DNA of 64,000 nt, taken from positions 1,471-65,470 of the forward strand of contig CACLCM010000004.1 of the NCBI GenBank assembly GCA_902605365.1, read 5' to 3'. This document shows, piece by piece, positions 50,013-59,667 of this stretch. Position 1 is the first letter of the stretch. Every line of letters begins with the position of its first letter. The stretch comes from an uncultured Candidatus Poseidoniales archaeon (GTDB lineage Archaea > Thermoplasmatota > Poseidoniia > Poseidoniales > Poseidoniaceae). A program made the translations under genes and the position numbers. The notes below the pieces were generated by a model, which did not search any database, was not told the origin of the DNA, and was given only the letters and a program-made list of their open reading frames with translations.

Positions 50013-50019
50013 AACGTGT

Positions 50020-51885
50020 TCAGAGTTCACCGGTCTGGATTCGCCACTGACTAGCATATACACCATTGTTAGAAATCAGTTCGTCATGACCTCCACGCTC
50101 AAGTATTCCACCATCAACCATCGAAATAATCTCATCTGCATTACGAATCGTAGACAAGCGGTGCGCCACTGCTATGGTTGTTCTTTCACTACCACTAGCG
50201 AGTAGATTCTCTTGGATTCTCTTCTCGGTCTCGGCATCAAGTGCACTAGATGCTTCATCGAGAACAAGTAGACTTGGTTTCTTTAGTAATGCTCTAGCCA
50301 AAGAGACTCTCGCTCTTTGCCCGCCTGACAGCATAGTACCTCTGTCACCGACCATTGTGTCTAGACCATTTTCCAATTCGTTAACGAATTCTGCGGCACC
50401 TGCCATTTCGAGGGCTGTCATGATCTCATCATCACCCGCTTCGCGATTATATGCAACATTTTGCTTGAGAGATCCAAAGAAAAGGAATGGCTCTTGACTA
50501 ACAAATCCCATCCCGTCTCTAACCGAATCTAAAGTAAGGTCTTGTACATCGATTCCATTGACTAATACTCGCCCTGATTGCGGCTCATAATATCTCATCA
50601 ACAATTTCAAGATTGTAGTTTTTCCCGCCCCAGTGTGGCCCATCACTCCAAGGAACTGGCCTGCAACTACCTTGAATGAGATTCCAGCCAACACCTTGGT
50701 CGAAGTCCCAGGATAGGTGAAATGAACATCCTCAAATTCTACTGAATGGATAGGGCCATCTAGTTCTGAAGCGTCTTCCTTGTCGGCAATGGTAGGCTCT
50801 AGGTCCACCAATGCGAACACTCTTCGAGCACTGGCCTCTCCTTTTTGCAACTGATTTACAAGCATTCCAAAGATGAACATAGGCATGGTCATCCTTGTAG
50901 AAATCAATAGGAATGTCACTAACTGACCTGTTGAAATATCTCCTGACTTGGTCAGGTAGCCACCAACAGTAACCAGCAATCCAAAGGCAATTCCTGCAAT
51001 GCCGTAAAGGCCAGGCAGGAAGCGGTTACGGTCACGGCTAGCGCCGATTGCTTGCTCACGATAAGCAGTTGATTCTGAATCAACACGGTTTGCTTCCCAT
51101 TCCTGAGCATTGTACGCTTGAACAACTGCTATTCCCGAAATGACATTTTCTAAAACTGCAGTAATATCACCAGTCGATTCTCTTTGCTGACGATACTTTC
51201 TCTGAACACGAGTTGAGAATAAGTAGACTAATGGAATAATCAGTACAAGTGGAGCAAACAGCACAGCTGCTAATTTCCAACTCATCAAAACCAAAATTAA
51301 GAACGCTGTACCAAATGTAACAACTATCCTGATAATTGACGTTGAAGCATCGCTAATCACATCTTCTAATTGATTTACATCTGCAGATAAAACACTCATC
51401 AACTGACCCGTTTGACGTAAATCATAGTATGAAGCTTCCATATCGATTAGAGAACGGGTTGCATCAAGGCGTAGATCGTGTTGAACTTTGTATCCAAGAG
51501 TTTGCCAACAATATTCGCTAATTCCTTGAAACACTGCAAGGCTTGCGAATCCGAGGAAAATTAGAACACCGTATCCTACGGCTAAATTATCCGTCATTAG
51601 CGGGAATATTGAATCGTCAAGGAAACCCCTCATGCTCCCAAAGAACCCATCAGTTTCATTTCCAGCGTAATAATCTACTGCGAAACCGATGAATACGAAC
51701 GGTAACAAGTCAGCAAACCTTGCCATTCCATTAGCAAGAACACCTGTCAAAGCACGCATCTTGTAGCGGAAGCCGTAAGGAATAACGCGCCAAATTTGCT
51801 TACCTAGGACCTCGGTTTTGGTGACATTGAGAGCATCGGGGTCTAGATGCTCATATTGCGTGGCGCGTTTATGACCTGCCCCCAT
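50020..51885 (-). CDS. ABC exporter with fused TMD and NBD (MdlB/MsbA-like)
   Basis: N-terminal TMs, GHTGAGKTT, LSGGQ, LDEASSALD, AHRLST. Confidence 0.92.
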   Translation of the reverse strand: MGAGHKRATQYEHLDPDALNVTKTEVLGKQIWRVIPYGFRYKMRALTGVLANGMARFADLLPFVFIGFAVDYYAGNETDGFFGSMRGFLDDSIFPLMTDNLAVGYGVLIFLGFASLAVFQGISEYCWQTLGYKVQHDLRLDATRSLIDMEASYYDLRQTGQLMSVLSADVNQLEDVISDASTSIIRIVVTFGTAFLILVLMSWKLAAVLFAPLVLIIPLVYLFSTRVQRKYRQQRESTGDITAVLENVISGIAVVQAYNAQEWEANRVDSESTAYREQAIGASRDRNRFLPGLYGIAGIAFGLLVTVGGYLTKSGDISTGQLVTFLLISTRMTMPMFIFGMLVNQLQKGEASARRVFALVDLEPTIADKEDASELDGPIHSVEFEDVHFTYPGTSTKVLAGISFKVVAGQFLGVMGHTGAGKTTILKLLMRYYEPQSGRVLVNGIDVQDLTLDSVRDGMGFVSQEPFLFFGSLKQNVAYNREAGDDEIMTALEMAGAAEFVNELENGLDTMVGDRGTMLSGGQRARVSLARALLKKPSLLVLDEASSALDAETEKRIQENLLASGSERTTIAVAHRLSTIRNADEIISMVDGGILERGGHDELISNNGVYASQWRIQTGEL

Positions 51886-51962
51886 ATTTATGCGGCTGTG
51901 ATAGAGAATATGAAGTTGTGTAGGACGGCAACCTTCATGCCCCACCAATTCTTCACAGAATC

Positions 51963-54900
51963 ATGCGAGCAATAGCACTTGTTGGCCTACTGGTTTTATC
52001 TTCATTTGGTTCTGTCGCTGCTTGGCAACCCCAAAGCGTAGACGGAGAGACTATTGGACTTCGTAATGGAGACGTAGAATCCATTCCAATTCAGCAATTC
52101 CCAGATGTATCACACTCTGGTTTTTGGATGCTGACCCATGAATATCCCGTTCCTAGCGAATGGGTGCATGAACTTGCAGCAGCAGGTATTGAGTGCTGGT
52201 CATTTCTACCATCCTCTGCTTTCCATTGCGAATTGAATGGACATACCACATCTGAGTTGGCTAAACTTGATGTCAATGGAATGATCGAAATGCCGCCTTC
52301 TGCAAAACTACATCCTGACCTAATGCCATCTCTGAAGGGAGAAATGGAATCTTGGTTCATCGCTAAAGGTATAGGAGTTGTAAGTGTGGTTTTGTCAGGA
52401 GATGAATTACCTGAGGGAATCGAAGATAGAAGTGATGTTGAAGTAATGTCACATAGCTGGAGATGGGCCACTGTTGAAGTTAGAATTAGTGGAGTAGAAT
52501 GGCTGATTCAGCAATCAGAGGTTGAGTGGATTGAACCTCAGTTCGAAAAGGTTCTATTGAACGATGAGGCTGATGCTGTAATCGGTGCAACCGTATTACA
52601 GGACGCTACTCAAATGGCTGGAATTAACTCTGCTTGGAATGCATTAGATGGTACAGGAATTATCGTCACGGTTTCAGATACGGGATTGGATAATGGCGTA
52701 AACAACACCAATATGCACCCTGATTTCAGAGACCACATAGTAGGCATTCACTCCTACGGCATCCCATCAGGAATGCAAAGTTATGCTAACGCACCTTACG
52801 AAGATGGTGCTTCTGACCTCGATAGTGGACACGGAACTCACGTAGCAGGCTCTGTACTAGGGGATGGAACTCAATCCTCAGGTTCTATCAAAGGAATTGC
52901 TCCTGAAGCAAGACTCTACATGCAGGCTACTGAAGTGTGGACCGATTGGACTACATCTGTAGAAAACACATACGGATATACTGATGATTACACTTTGATG
53001 GGCATACCAGACGACTTGAGCGACATGTTTGATGATGCTGTTGCAAATGGCTCTAACATACATACCAATTCGTGGGGATCATCAGTTGCTGGACAATATA
53101 CCTCCAATTCCATGCAGGCCGACCATTCGGCAAGAAATCACACAGGATTGTTGATATTATTCGCAGCAGCGAATGAAGGAACAGATGGTAACAGTGACGG
53201 AGAAGTAGACCTAGATAGCATGGGTGCGCCTGCTACTGCGAAGAACGTTCTAACAGTAGGTGCATCTGAAAATAACCGAGGTTCAACGATTTCCTCTCAG
53301 TGGGGACAATGGTGGCCTGGAGACTATCCAGCTGACCCGATTAATTCCGATAAGATAGCAAATAATACCGAGGGATTGGCCGCATTCTCAAGCCGTGGAC
53401 CTGTCGATGACGGGAGAGTGAAACCTGATGTTTCAGCGCCTGGAACATTCATTCTTTCAGCAAAGAGTCGCTCAACAACACAAACAGGATGGGGCGCTCA
53501 CTCAAATTCAGATTACACCTTCATGGGAGGAACAAGTATGGCGACTCCTATTACTGCAGGAGCATCAGCATTATTGTATCAGCATCTAATTGACAATTTA
53601 GCTCACACAACCCCTACTAGCGCTCTAGTCAAAGGGATAATTGCAGCTAGCGCTCACGACATGACTGGCCAGTACGGTTCATCTAGCAATGGCGCTGGTG
53701 AAACTGCACCTAACAACCACGAAGGATGGGGTCTTCTAGACCTTGACCGTGCAGTAAATACCACATGGGTAGATGATGAATCGGTTAGCACAGGAGATTC
53801 TAGAAGTTGGAAATTTACAGTCCCAGCAAGCGCTCCTGACCTCAAGGTAATGGTGTCATGGACTGACCCAGCAAGTACACCTGCAGCATCGGTAAATTTG
53901 GTTAATGATATCGACTTTGCAGTTAAGGACCCTAATGGTAACTGGGTAGAATATGGAAACAATCTCGACAACCTGATTGGTACAACTATCTCATCTCCGA
54001 TGTCTGGACAGTGGGAGGTTCACGTAAATGGAACCAATATCCCTACTGGGCCACAATCCTTTGCAATGGTTATCGATGCCCCTTATTCTATGATAAATAT
54101 GTCAGCGGATGCCGATGGTGACGGAATAATTGACACTCTTGATGACTGTCCAAATACAGCAGGAACATCTACTCAAGACCAAACTGGGTGCCCGGATGGC
54201 GATGGAGATGGATGGTCCAATGTTGGAGATGATTTCCCTAACGAAGGAACGCAATGGGCCGATTCTGATAGTGATGGATTTGGTGATAACCCAGGCGGAG
54301 TCAATCCTGACTCCTGCACATCTGTAGCAGGTACATCCAGTGGCGATAGATATGGCTGCCCAGATTCTGATTCCGATTCATGGTCAGACCCTGATGGTGG
54401 ATGGACTGCAATTCAAGGAGCTGATGCTTGCGATTCGGTCTGGGGTAATTCCTCCCTTGACAGAAATGGTTGTCCTGACGCTGATGGCGATAGCCAATCT
54501 GACCTAAATGACATTCTTGTTAACGACCCAAGCCAATGGCTGGATACTGACGGAGATACCTATTATGACAATGCTAATCCCGCTACAAATTGGGATGACT
54601 GCCCGGCAATTTGGGGTAATTCAACTATTGATTTACAAGGATGTCTTGACAGTGATGGAGATGGCATGTCTGATGCTAATGATCAATGGCCAAACGACCC
54701 TACAAAGTCTAATGATACCGATGGTGACGGCGTTGCAGATAGTGAAGATGATTGTCCAAACTTTGCAGGTAACTCCACTTGGATTTTAGTTGGATGCCTA
54801 GATGCAGATGGCGATGGTAGAACTGTTGACCACGATGCTTTTCCTGCAGATCAAACTCAGTGGAACGACACAGATGGTGACGGATTTGGGGATGAGCCAA

Positions 54901-56657
54901 CTGGTAACCTAGCTGACGATTGCGTAAACACAGCAGGCGACTCTTGGCAAAATGGAACTCTTGGTTGCCCTGATTTAGATGGTGATGGTTGGGCAGATTC
55001 AGAAGATAGTTTCACCAATGATTCTACCCAATGGCAGGATGATGATGGTGACGGATTTGGAGACAATATAATTGGCAATAATCACGATTCATGTATAGGA
55101 ATCTGGGGTAATTCAACAAAAGGTGGAATGCTAGGTTGTATCGATACTGATGGCGATGGATGGGCAGACATGATTGATGCACTGCCAAATGACCCTACTC
55201 AACATGAAGACCAAGATGGTGATGGATACGGAGACAATATTACAGGTAACAATGCCGATGATTGTCCACTAACATTTGGAAATTCAACAATCGACCGACT
55301 TGGATGTGTGGATACCGATGGCGATGGCCACTCCGACCTAAACGATGACTTCCCACTAGACCCTACTAGGTATCTCGATACGGATGGAGACGGATATGAT
55401 GATGTCGAAGACGACTGTTTTGAGACTGCAGGAACTTCAACCAACGGCTCCTTAGGATGCTTTGATGCAGACCAGGACTCATGGGCAGATTTAGATGATT
55501 CATTCCCACTAGACAACACACAGTGGAACGATACAGATAATGATGGATTTGGAGATAATGCAGAAGGAACCACACCGGATTCATGCCCCTCACAATTTGG
55601 AAACAGTAGTTCAGATACGTTCGGTTGTACAGATACTGATGGCGATTCATGGTCAGATTCAGGAGATGCATTCCCTTCAGACATTAGCGAGTGGTCAGAT
55701 AATGACTCTGATGGATTTGGAGATAATATCGATAATTGCCCGCTAGTTGCTGGAAATTCCACCAATGGTAGCATTGGATGTTTGGATGACGATGGGGACT
55801 CATGGTCTAACAATAACGACTTCCTTCCATCAGACCCGACCCAGTGGCTAGATACTGATGGTGACGGCTATGGTGACAATCCGACTGGTACTGACGGAGA
55901 CCAATGCCCATCTGCAGCAGGAACTGCTACTCTGGACTTACTGGGTTGTCCAGACAATGACTTGGACGGTTGGTCAAACATTGGAGATGCTTTCCCAGAG
56001 CACAGAACACAATACGAAGACAATGATGGTGATGGATACGGAGACAATAATTCACCCGGAGCTGAATTACCAGACCACTGGCCTGAAGACCCTTCACGTA
56101 ACACTGCGGAAGTATTGCTATCTTGCGACCCTAATGAATTCGAAAGAGATCTAGCGAGTGATTCAAGCCTTACATTTACTTGTACGATAACAAATATGAT
56201 CCAAAATGATCTAACCGTGGTAGTTGAATGGAAATTGATGAATGCAATAGATGCTGGGGTCAGAAGACACATTCTGGTTATACCTGGAAATGAAAATGAT
56301 ACTGTAGCATTCTCTGGACAAGTTGTAGAGAAAGGGGACATCTCATCAGTAATTGATGCCAGCGAACCGGGTGCTGAGTCTTCTATGGCTATCACTGTAA
56401 TTTCAATAAAAGCAATCAATTCTGATGACGGTGATACATTCGATGACCTGCTAGAGCAAACTAAGGATGTTCCACATATTCAAGAAATAATAGCCGTAAG
56501 TCTTGCACTAATTCTAGGATTATTCCTTGTGATAAACGGTAGAAGAAACTCAAAACGTAGAAAATCAGAGCGTTTGGCGCACATAAACAGATTGAGAGCG
56601 GACAGATTCGTAATTGACGAAAACAGTATGATTGGCGGACCTCCTCCTAGATTCTAA
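51963..56657 (+). CDS. Membrane-anchored S8 subtilase with long TSP3-like Ca-binding repeat stalk
   Basis: Catalytic triad DTGLD, HGTHVAG, GTSMATP; many DxDGDG/GCPD repeats; C-terminal TM. Confidence 0.93.
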   Translation: MRAIALVGLLVLSSFGSVAAWQPQSVDGETIGLRNGDVESIPIQQFPDVSHSGFWMLTHEYPVPSEWVHELAAAGIECWSFLPSSAFHCELNGHTTSELAKLDVNGMIEMPPSAKLHPDLMPSLKGEMESWFIAKGIGVVSVVLSGDELPEGIEDRSDVEVMSHSWRWATVEVRISGVEWLIQQSEVEWIEPQFEKVLLNDEADAVIGATVLQDATQMAGINSAWNALDGTGIIVTVSDTGLDNGVNNTNMHPDFRDHIVGIHSYGIPSGMQSYANAPYEDGASDLDSGHGTHVAGSVLGDGTQSSGSIKGIAPEARLYMQATEVWTDWTTSVENTYGYTDDYTLMGIPDDLSDMFDDAVANGSNIHTNSWGSSVAGQYTSNSMQADHSARNHTGLLILFAAANEGTDGNSDGEVDLDSMGAPATAKNVLTVGASENNRGSTISSQWGQWWPGDYPADPINSDKIANNTEGLAAFSSRGPVDDGRVKPDVSAPGTFILSAKSRSTTQTGWGAHSNSDYTFMGGTSMATPITAGASALLYQHLIDNLAHTTPTSALVKGIIAASAHDMTGQYGSSSNGAGETAPNNHEGWGLLDLDRAVNTTWVDDESVSTGDSRSWKFTVPASAPDLKVMVSWTDPASTPAASVNLVNDIDFAVKDPNGNWVEYGNNLDNLIGTTISSPMSGQWEVHVNGTNIPTGPQSFAMVIDAPYSMINMSADADGDGIIDTLDDCPNTAGTSTQDQTGCPDGDGDGWSNVGDDFPNEGTQWADSDSDGFGDNPGGVNPDSCTSVAGTSSGDRYGCPDSDSDSWSDPDGGWTAIQGADACDSVWGNSSLDRNGCPDADGDSQSDLNDILVNDPSQWLDTDGDTYYDNANPATNWDDCPAIWGNSTIDLQGCLDSDGDGMSDANDQWPNDPTKSNDTDGDGVADSEDDCPNFAGNSTWILVGCLDADGDGRTVDHDAFPADQTQWNDTDGDGFGDEPTGNLADDCVNTAGDSWQNGTLGCPDLDGDGWADSEDSFTNDSTQWQDDDGDGFGDNIIGNNHDSCIGIWGNSTKGGMLGCIDTDGDGWADMIDALPNDPTQHEDQDGDGYGDNITGNNADDCPLTFGNSTIDRLGCVDTDGDGHSDLNDDFPLDPTRYLDTDGDGYDDVEDDCFETAGTSTNGSLGCFDADQDSWADLDDSFPLDNTQWNDTDNDGFGDNAEGTTPDSCPSQFGNSSSDTFGCTDTDGDSWSDSGDAFPSDISEWSDNDSDGFGDNIDNCPLVAGNSTNGSIGCLDDDGDSWSNNNDFLPSDPTQWLDTDGDGYGDNPTGTDGDQCPSAAGTATLDLLGCPDNDLDGWSNIGDAFPEHRTQYEDNDGDGYGDNNSPGAELPDHWPEDPSRNTAEVLLSCDPNEFERDLASDSSLTFTCTITNMIQNDLTVVVEWKLMNAIDAGVRRHILVIPGNENDTVAFSGQVVEKGDISSVIDASEPGAESSMAITVISIKAINSDDGDTFDDLLEQTKDVPHIQEIIAVSLALILGLFLVINGRRNSKRRKSERLAHINRLRADRFVIDENSMIGGPPPRF

Positions 56658-56701
56658 GACCGAATCGCCTAAGAAGAGGACGCACTCCGACAGAATATTA
56701 C

Positions 56702-56773
56702 GCGGATATGGTGAAGTGGTTATCACCTGAGGTTTCCAACCTCATGTCGTGGGTTCGATTCCCGCTATCCGCA
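56702..56773 (+). tRNA. tRNA-Gly (TCC)
   Basis: Acceptor stem GCGGATA/TATCCGC, anticodon arm TGAGG-TTTCCAA-CCTCA, T arm GTGGG-TTCGATT-CCCGC. Confidence 0.95.
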
Positions 56774-56854
56774 TCCACTTTCAATGAATCATGCTAATTT
56801 TTATTTTAGCAATCTCCCCATATGTTGATGAGTAACGGAATATGCGCGTAGCGC

Positions 56855-58259
56855 ATGAACCGTCATCTAACGGCGTTAATCCTAACCGGATTATTCGTGA
56901 TTGCTCCATTATCGGGATGCTTTGGCGAGGAGGAACAGAAATCGATAGACCCTGCAGGATCGTTACAAATCGATTTCGTTAATCCCGAAGATGCAGTTTT
57001 GCGAGCAGGTGAGTTTCATGATTTCACTCTGGTGGGTGAAGGTAATTCGATAGCAACTCAGCCAGATGTTTTGATATTCATTAACGGGACTTATGTGAAA
57101 AGTCACATGGTTGTGGTTGAAGATAATACAGTATATGGTCAACTATTAACAACGCCTTACACCGATGAAGTTAGCATAGCATTCATGAGTAGTGATGGAC
57201 AAACTGAAGCACTAAGCGTTTCGATTACAAATGGAACTCCAATCGTTAACGGCGAAGAATGGTTTAGAAAAATTGACTTCATCACAAGTACTTGTACTGA
57301 CACAACGAAATGTGGAGGATACATAAATCGCTGGATGGGCGCTGGGAATCTAGCCTTTGAGCGTGCAGCTGAATATTTCAAAGGTCATTTCGAAGGGCTT
57401 GGATATGAAACTCACTTGCTTAGAGTCACAGACCATGGTAACCTAGCACAACCAGAAAGCCTCAATGTCATCGCTTGGAAGCAAGGCCGCAACGATAACT
57501 GCGTTCAAGGAATGGGTGGACACATGGACATCGCACCACCAGGTGGGCCTCCAGGAGGAGGAACTTACGAAGGAGCTTATGACAACACGGCAGGTACTGT
57601 TGCGATGATGTTGTATGCCCGTGCTTTCGCAGACTTAACTTTCGAATGTGACACATTCCTGGCACTATGGTCCAGTGAAGAAGAAGGACTACGCGGTTCT
57701 AACGCCTTTGCTAACAACAACTGTGACTATTGTTTGCCTCAAGACAAAGAACTTGAGTTCTACATTAACATGGACATGATGGGAATGTCTTGGCCTGCAG
57801 TCAAATCAAACGGCGATCCTTTCCCTTATCATGCATGGTCAGGACCTGATGCAGACCCAGAAGTACAGGATGTTGCAATTACAACCGTTCTGGATGACGT
57901 ACATTTCAACATTTTAAAAGCTCCAAGAGACCTCAGAATTGAAGGCTCTTATGGAGCAGGTTGTGACCAGCATTGGGATGACCATTACAACCTCGTAATG
58001 GATGTTCATGAAGACACATTTGGACGCTCAGACCATGTAACATTCCGTGAGTTGGGGGGCACAAACCATTTTCCATCTAGGCGCATATGATGAGGATTAT
58101 GATGCATACCACTCCCCCTCAGATACTCTAGATAACATGGTTGCAGAAGTAGGTGGCCAGGAAGAGTTGGAGAAGAGCATGGAGTTCGTAATGTGGGCGG
58201 CAATGCTTGAATTCATCATAGCCGACCAAACCCCTGAGATTAGGAACTTGAACGCTTGA
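56855..58259 (+). pseudogene. M28 metallopeptidase lipoprotein split by a +1 frameshift (or a sequencing error)
   Basis: Lipobox LSGC, GHMD, GAYDN, SEEEG, INMDM, SDH. The YHSPSDT tail is in another frame after G6 at 58054-58059. Confidence 0.8.
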
Positions 58260-58268
58260 GGTGTGATA

Positions 58269-58436
58269 ATGGTTGAAGCTATTGGGGAAATAGTGGCTGC
58301 GATTGGAGATTCTGTTGTCAAAGATAGTGAATTTATGAACACCAAGAGTGAGACTAAATCCATTATTGTTAGAGTTCTATACTATCTAGTTCCAATTTCA
58401 CTATTGGTAGGGTTCTACGTTTGGACTGTCTACTAA
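58269..58436 (+). CDS. 55-aa single-TM protein not in the ORF track
   Basis: GAGGTG SD; MVEAIGEIVAAIGDSVV...IIVRVLYYLVPISLLVGFYVWTVY. Confidence 0.6.
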   Translation: MVEAIGEIVAAIGDSVVKDSEFMNTKSETKSIIVRVLYYLVPISLLVGFYVWTVY

Positions 58437-58528
58437 CTAACACCGGCAACTCAAGCCATGTTATTATGGCCAAGGACTATGATAGAATCAGACAATGCTT
58501 TTTGTAGTCCATCAACTCGAACATTAGC

Positions 58529-58972
58529 ATGGAGGAAGAAGTTACTGCGAGCGGCATAGAAGAAAAGCAGCCACGAAAGTTGTGGAAAATTGTTGCTAGT
58601 TCTTCTGTAATCGCCTCCATGTGTTGTCTTCCATCTGTAGTGCTGGTAATGTTTGGCATTGCAACTGTATCGACTGGCGCCGCACTATCTGACACACTAT
58701 ACTGGGGCGAAGATGGATATTCATGGTTCAGACCTTTGATGCTCGCAATTGCTGCAATAACTGTATGCGTGGGGCTGTTCTTTTACTTCAGGAGTCAAGG
58801 AATTTGCACCATAGACCAGGCTAAGCGTGAACGCAGAAAAATCATCAATACATCGATACTAATCATCATCATCTCTTACCTTAGTTACCTATTGCTAAAT
58901 TATGTAATCCTAACAGAAATTGGAATTCTATTCGGCCTACCTTGGGAATCGAGTAGAGTTTGGAACAAATGA
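58529..58972 (+). CDS. MerT-like small membrane protein
   Basis: TM1 with vicinal cysteines (ASMCCLP), RP at the start of TM2, Cys in the loop, three TMs. Confidence 0.55.
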   Translation: MEEEVTASGIEEKQPRKLWKIVASSSVIASMCCLPSVVLVMFGIATVSTGAALSDTLYWGEDGYSWFRPLMLAIAAITVCVGLFFYFRSQGICTIDQAKRERRKIINTSILIIIISYLSYLLLNYVILTEIGILFGLPWESSRVWNK

Positions 58973-58973
58973 T

Positions 58974-59663
58974 TCACACATTGTTCCTGGTAGTATTACA
59001 ACCAACACCCCAAGACTCACCAGACTGCATAGCAATTCTTGTTTGTTGCAACAAATCATCTTCAGCGCTTGCAGGGTCATCTCCTGCATTTCTCCATGAA
59101 ACAGAAACCATCTGGTCCTCATGAATAAATGATTCAACTTGGTAATTCTCAAGAATAATATCTCTAGGATTGAGATTCATCCCCCTCCTCTCTGCTTTTT
59201 GCACGGCCTCTTTGGCCGTCCATATTCGAATTGCTTGGTCGGGATTTGATTTCAACCAATCTAATTCCTCACCCTTAGCAATCATATCAAATGCATTTTC
59301 TTGAATGCCTCTATCCTTGGGCTCAGCATCTATTCCAATCCAGAACCCTGGCTCGATTACAGCGCATACAGCCCATTCACCTGAATGGCCGATACTTATT
59401 CCGGGCAAAGGAGTATTTCTCCAAATTCCGTCTAACCATGAAAGGTATGGAGCTCTCTCATCAGTGCGTAAGACCTCTATTGAATCAAGGGGAATTCCCC
59501 ATTCATTCAAGCATTCTTCTAGAAGAAGCCTTCCTGAATTGTGGTCTGCGATTCTTTTCGTATTAGCACGGGGTATTTCATCTGCAAGAGAACTAATGCA
59601 ATTCTCAATACGCCTACGAGCGATTAGCATTCGTGGACCCGAAACAGGATCCATCTTTTCCAT
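58974..59663 (-). CDS. Sfp-type 4'-phosphopantetheinyl transferase
   Basis: GRLLL, APYL, ISIGHS, IGIDAE, WTAKEAVQK. SD GAGGTGA lies in the last codons of the PKS gene. Confidence 0.9.
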   Translation of the reverse strand: MEKMDPVSGPRMLIARRRIENCISSLADEIPRANTKRIADHNSGRLLLEECLNEWGIPLDSIEVLRTDERAPYLSWLDGIWRNTPLPGISIGHSGEWAVCAVIEPGFWIGIDAEPKDRGIQENAFDMIAKGEELDWLKSNPDQAIRIWTAKEAVQKAERRGMNLNPRDIILENYQVESFIHEDQMVSVSWRNAGDDPASAEDDLLQQTRIAMQSGESWGVGCNTTRNNV

Positions 59664-59667
59664 ACAA

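Noticed and set aside
54100-56100. Repetitive GATGGTGA-rich DNA as a nucleotide repeat array
   Set aside because: It is explained by DxDGDG protein repeats with diverged codons; the same holds for 30000-31350.
56702-56773. tRNA-Gly as an island attachment site for the downstream PKS region
   Set aside because: No duplicated tRNA 3' end or integrase was seen within the window.
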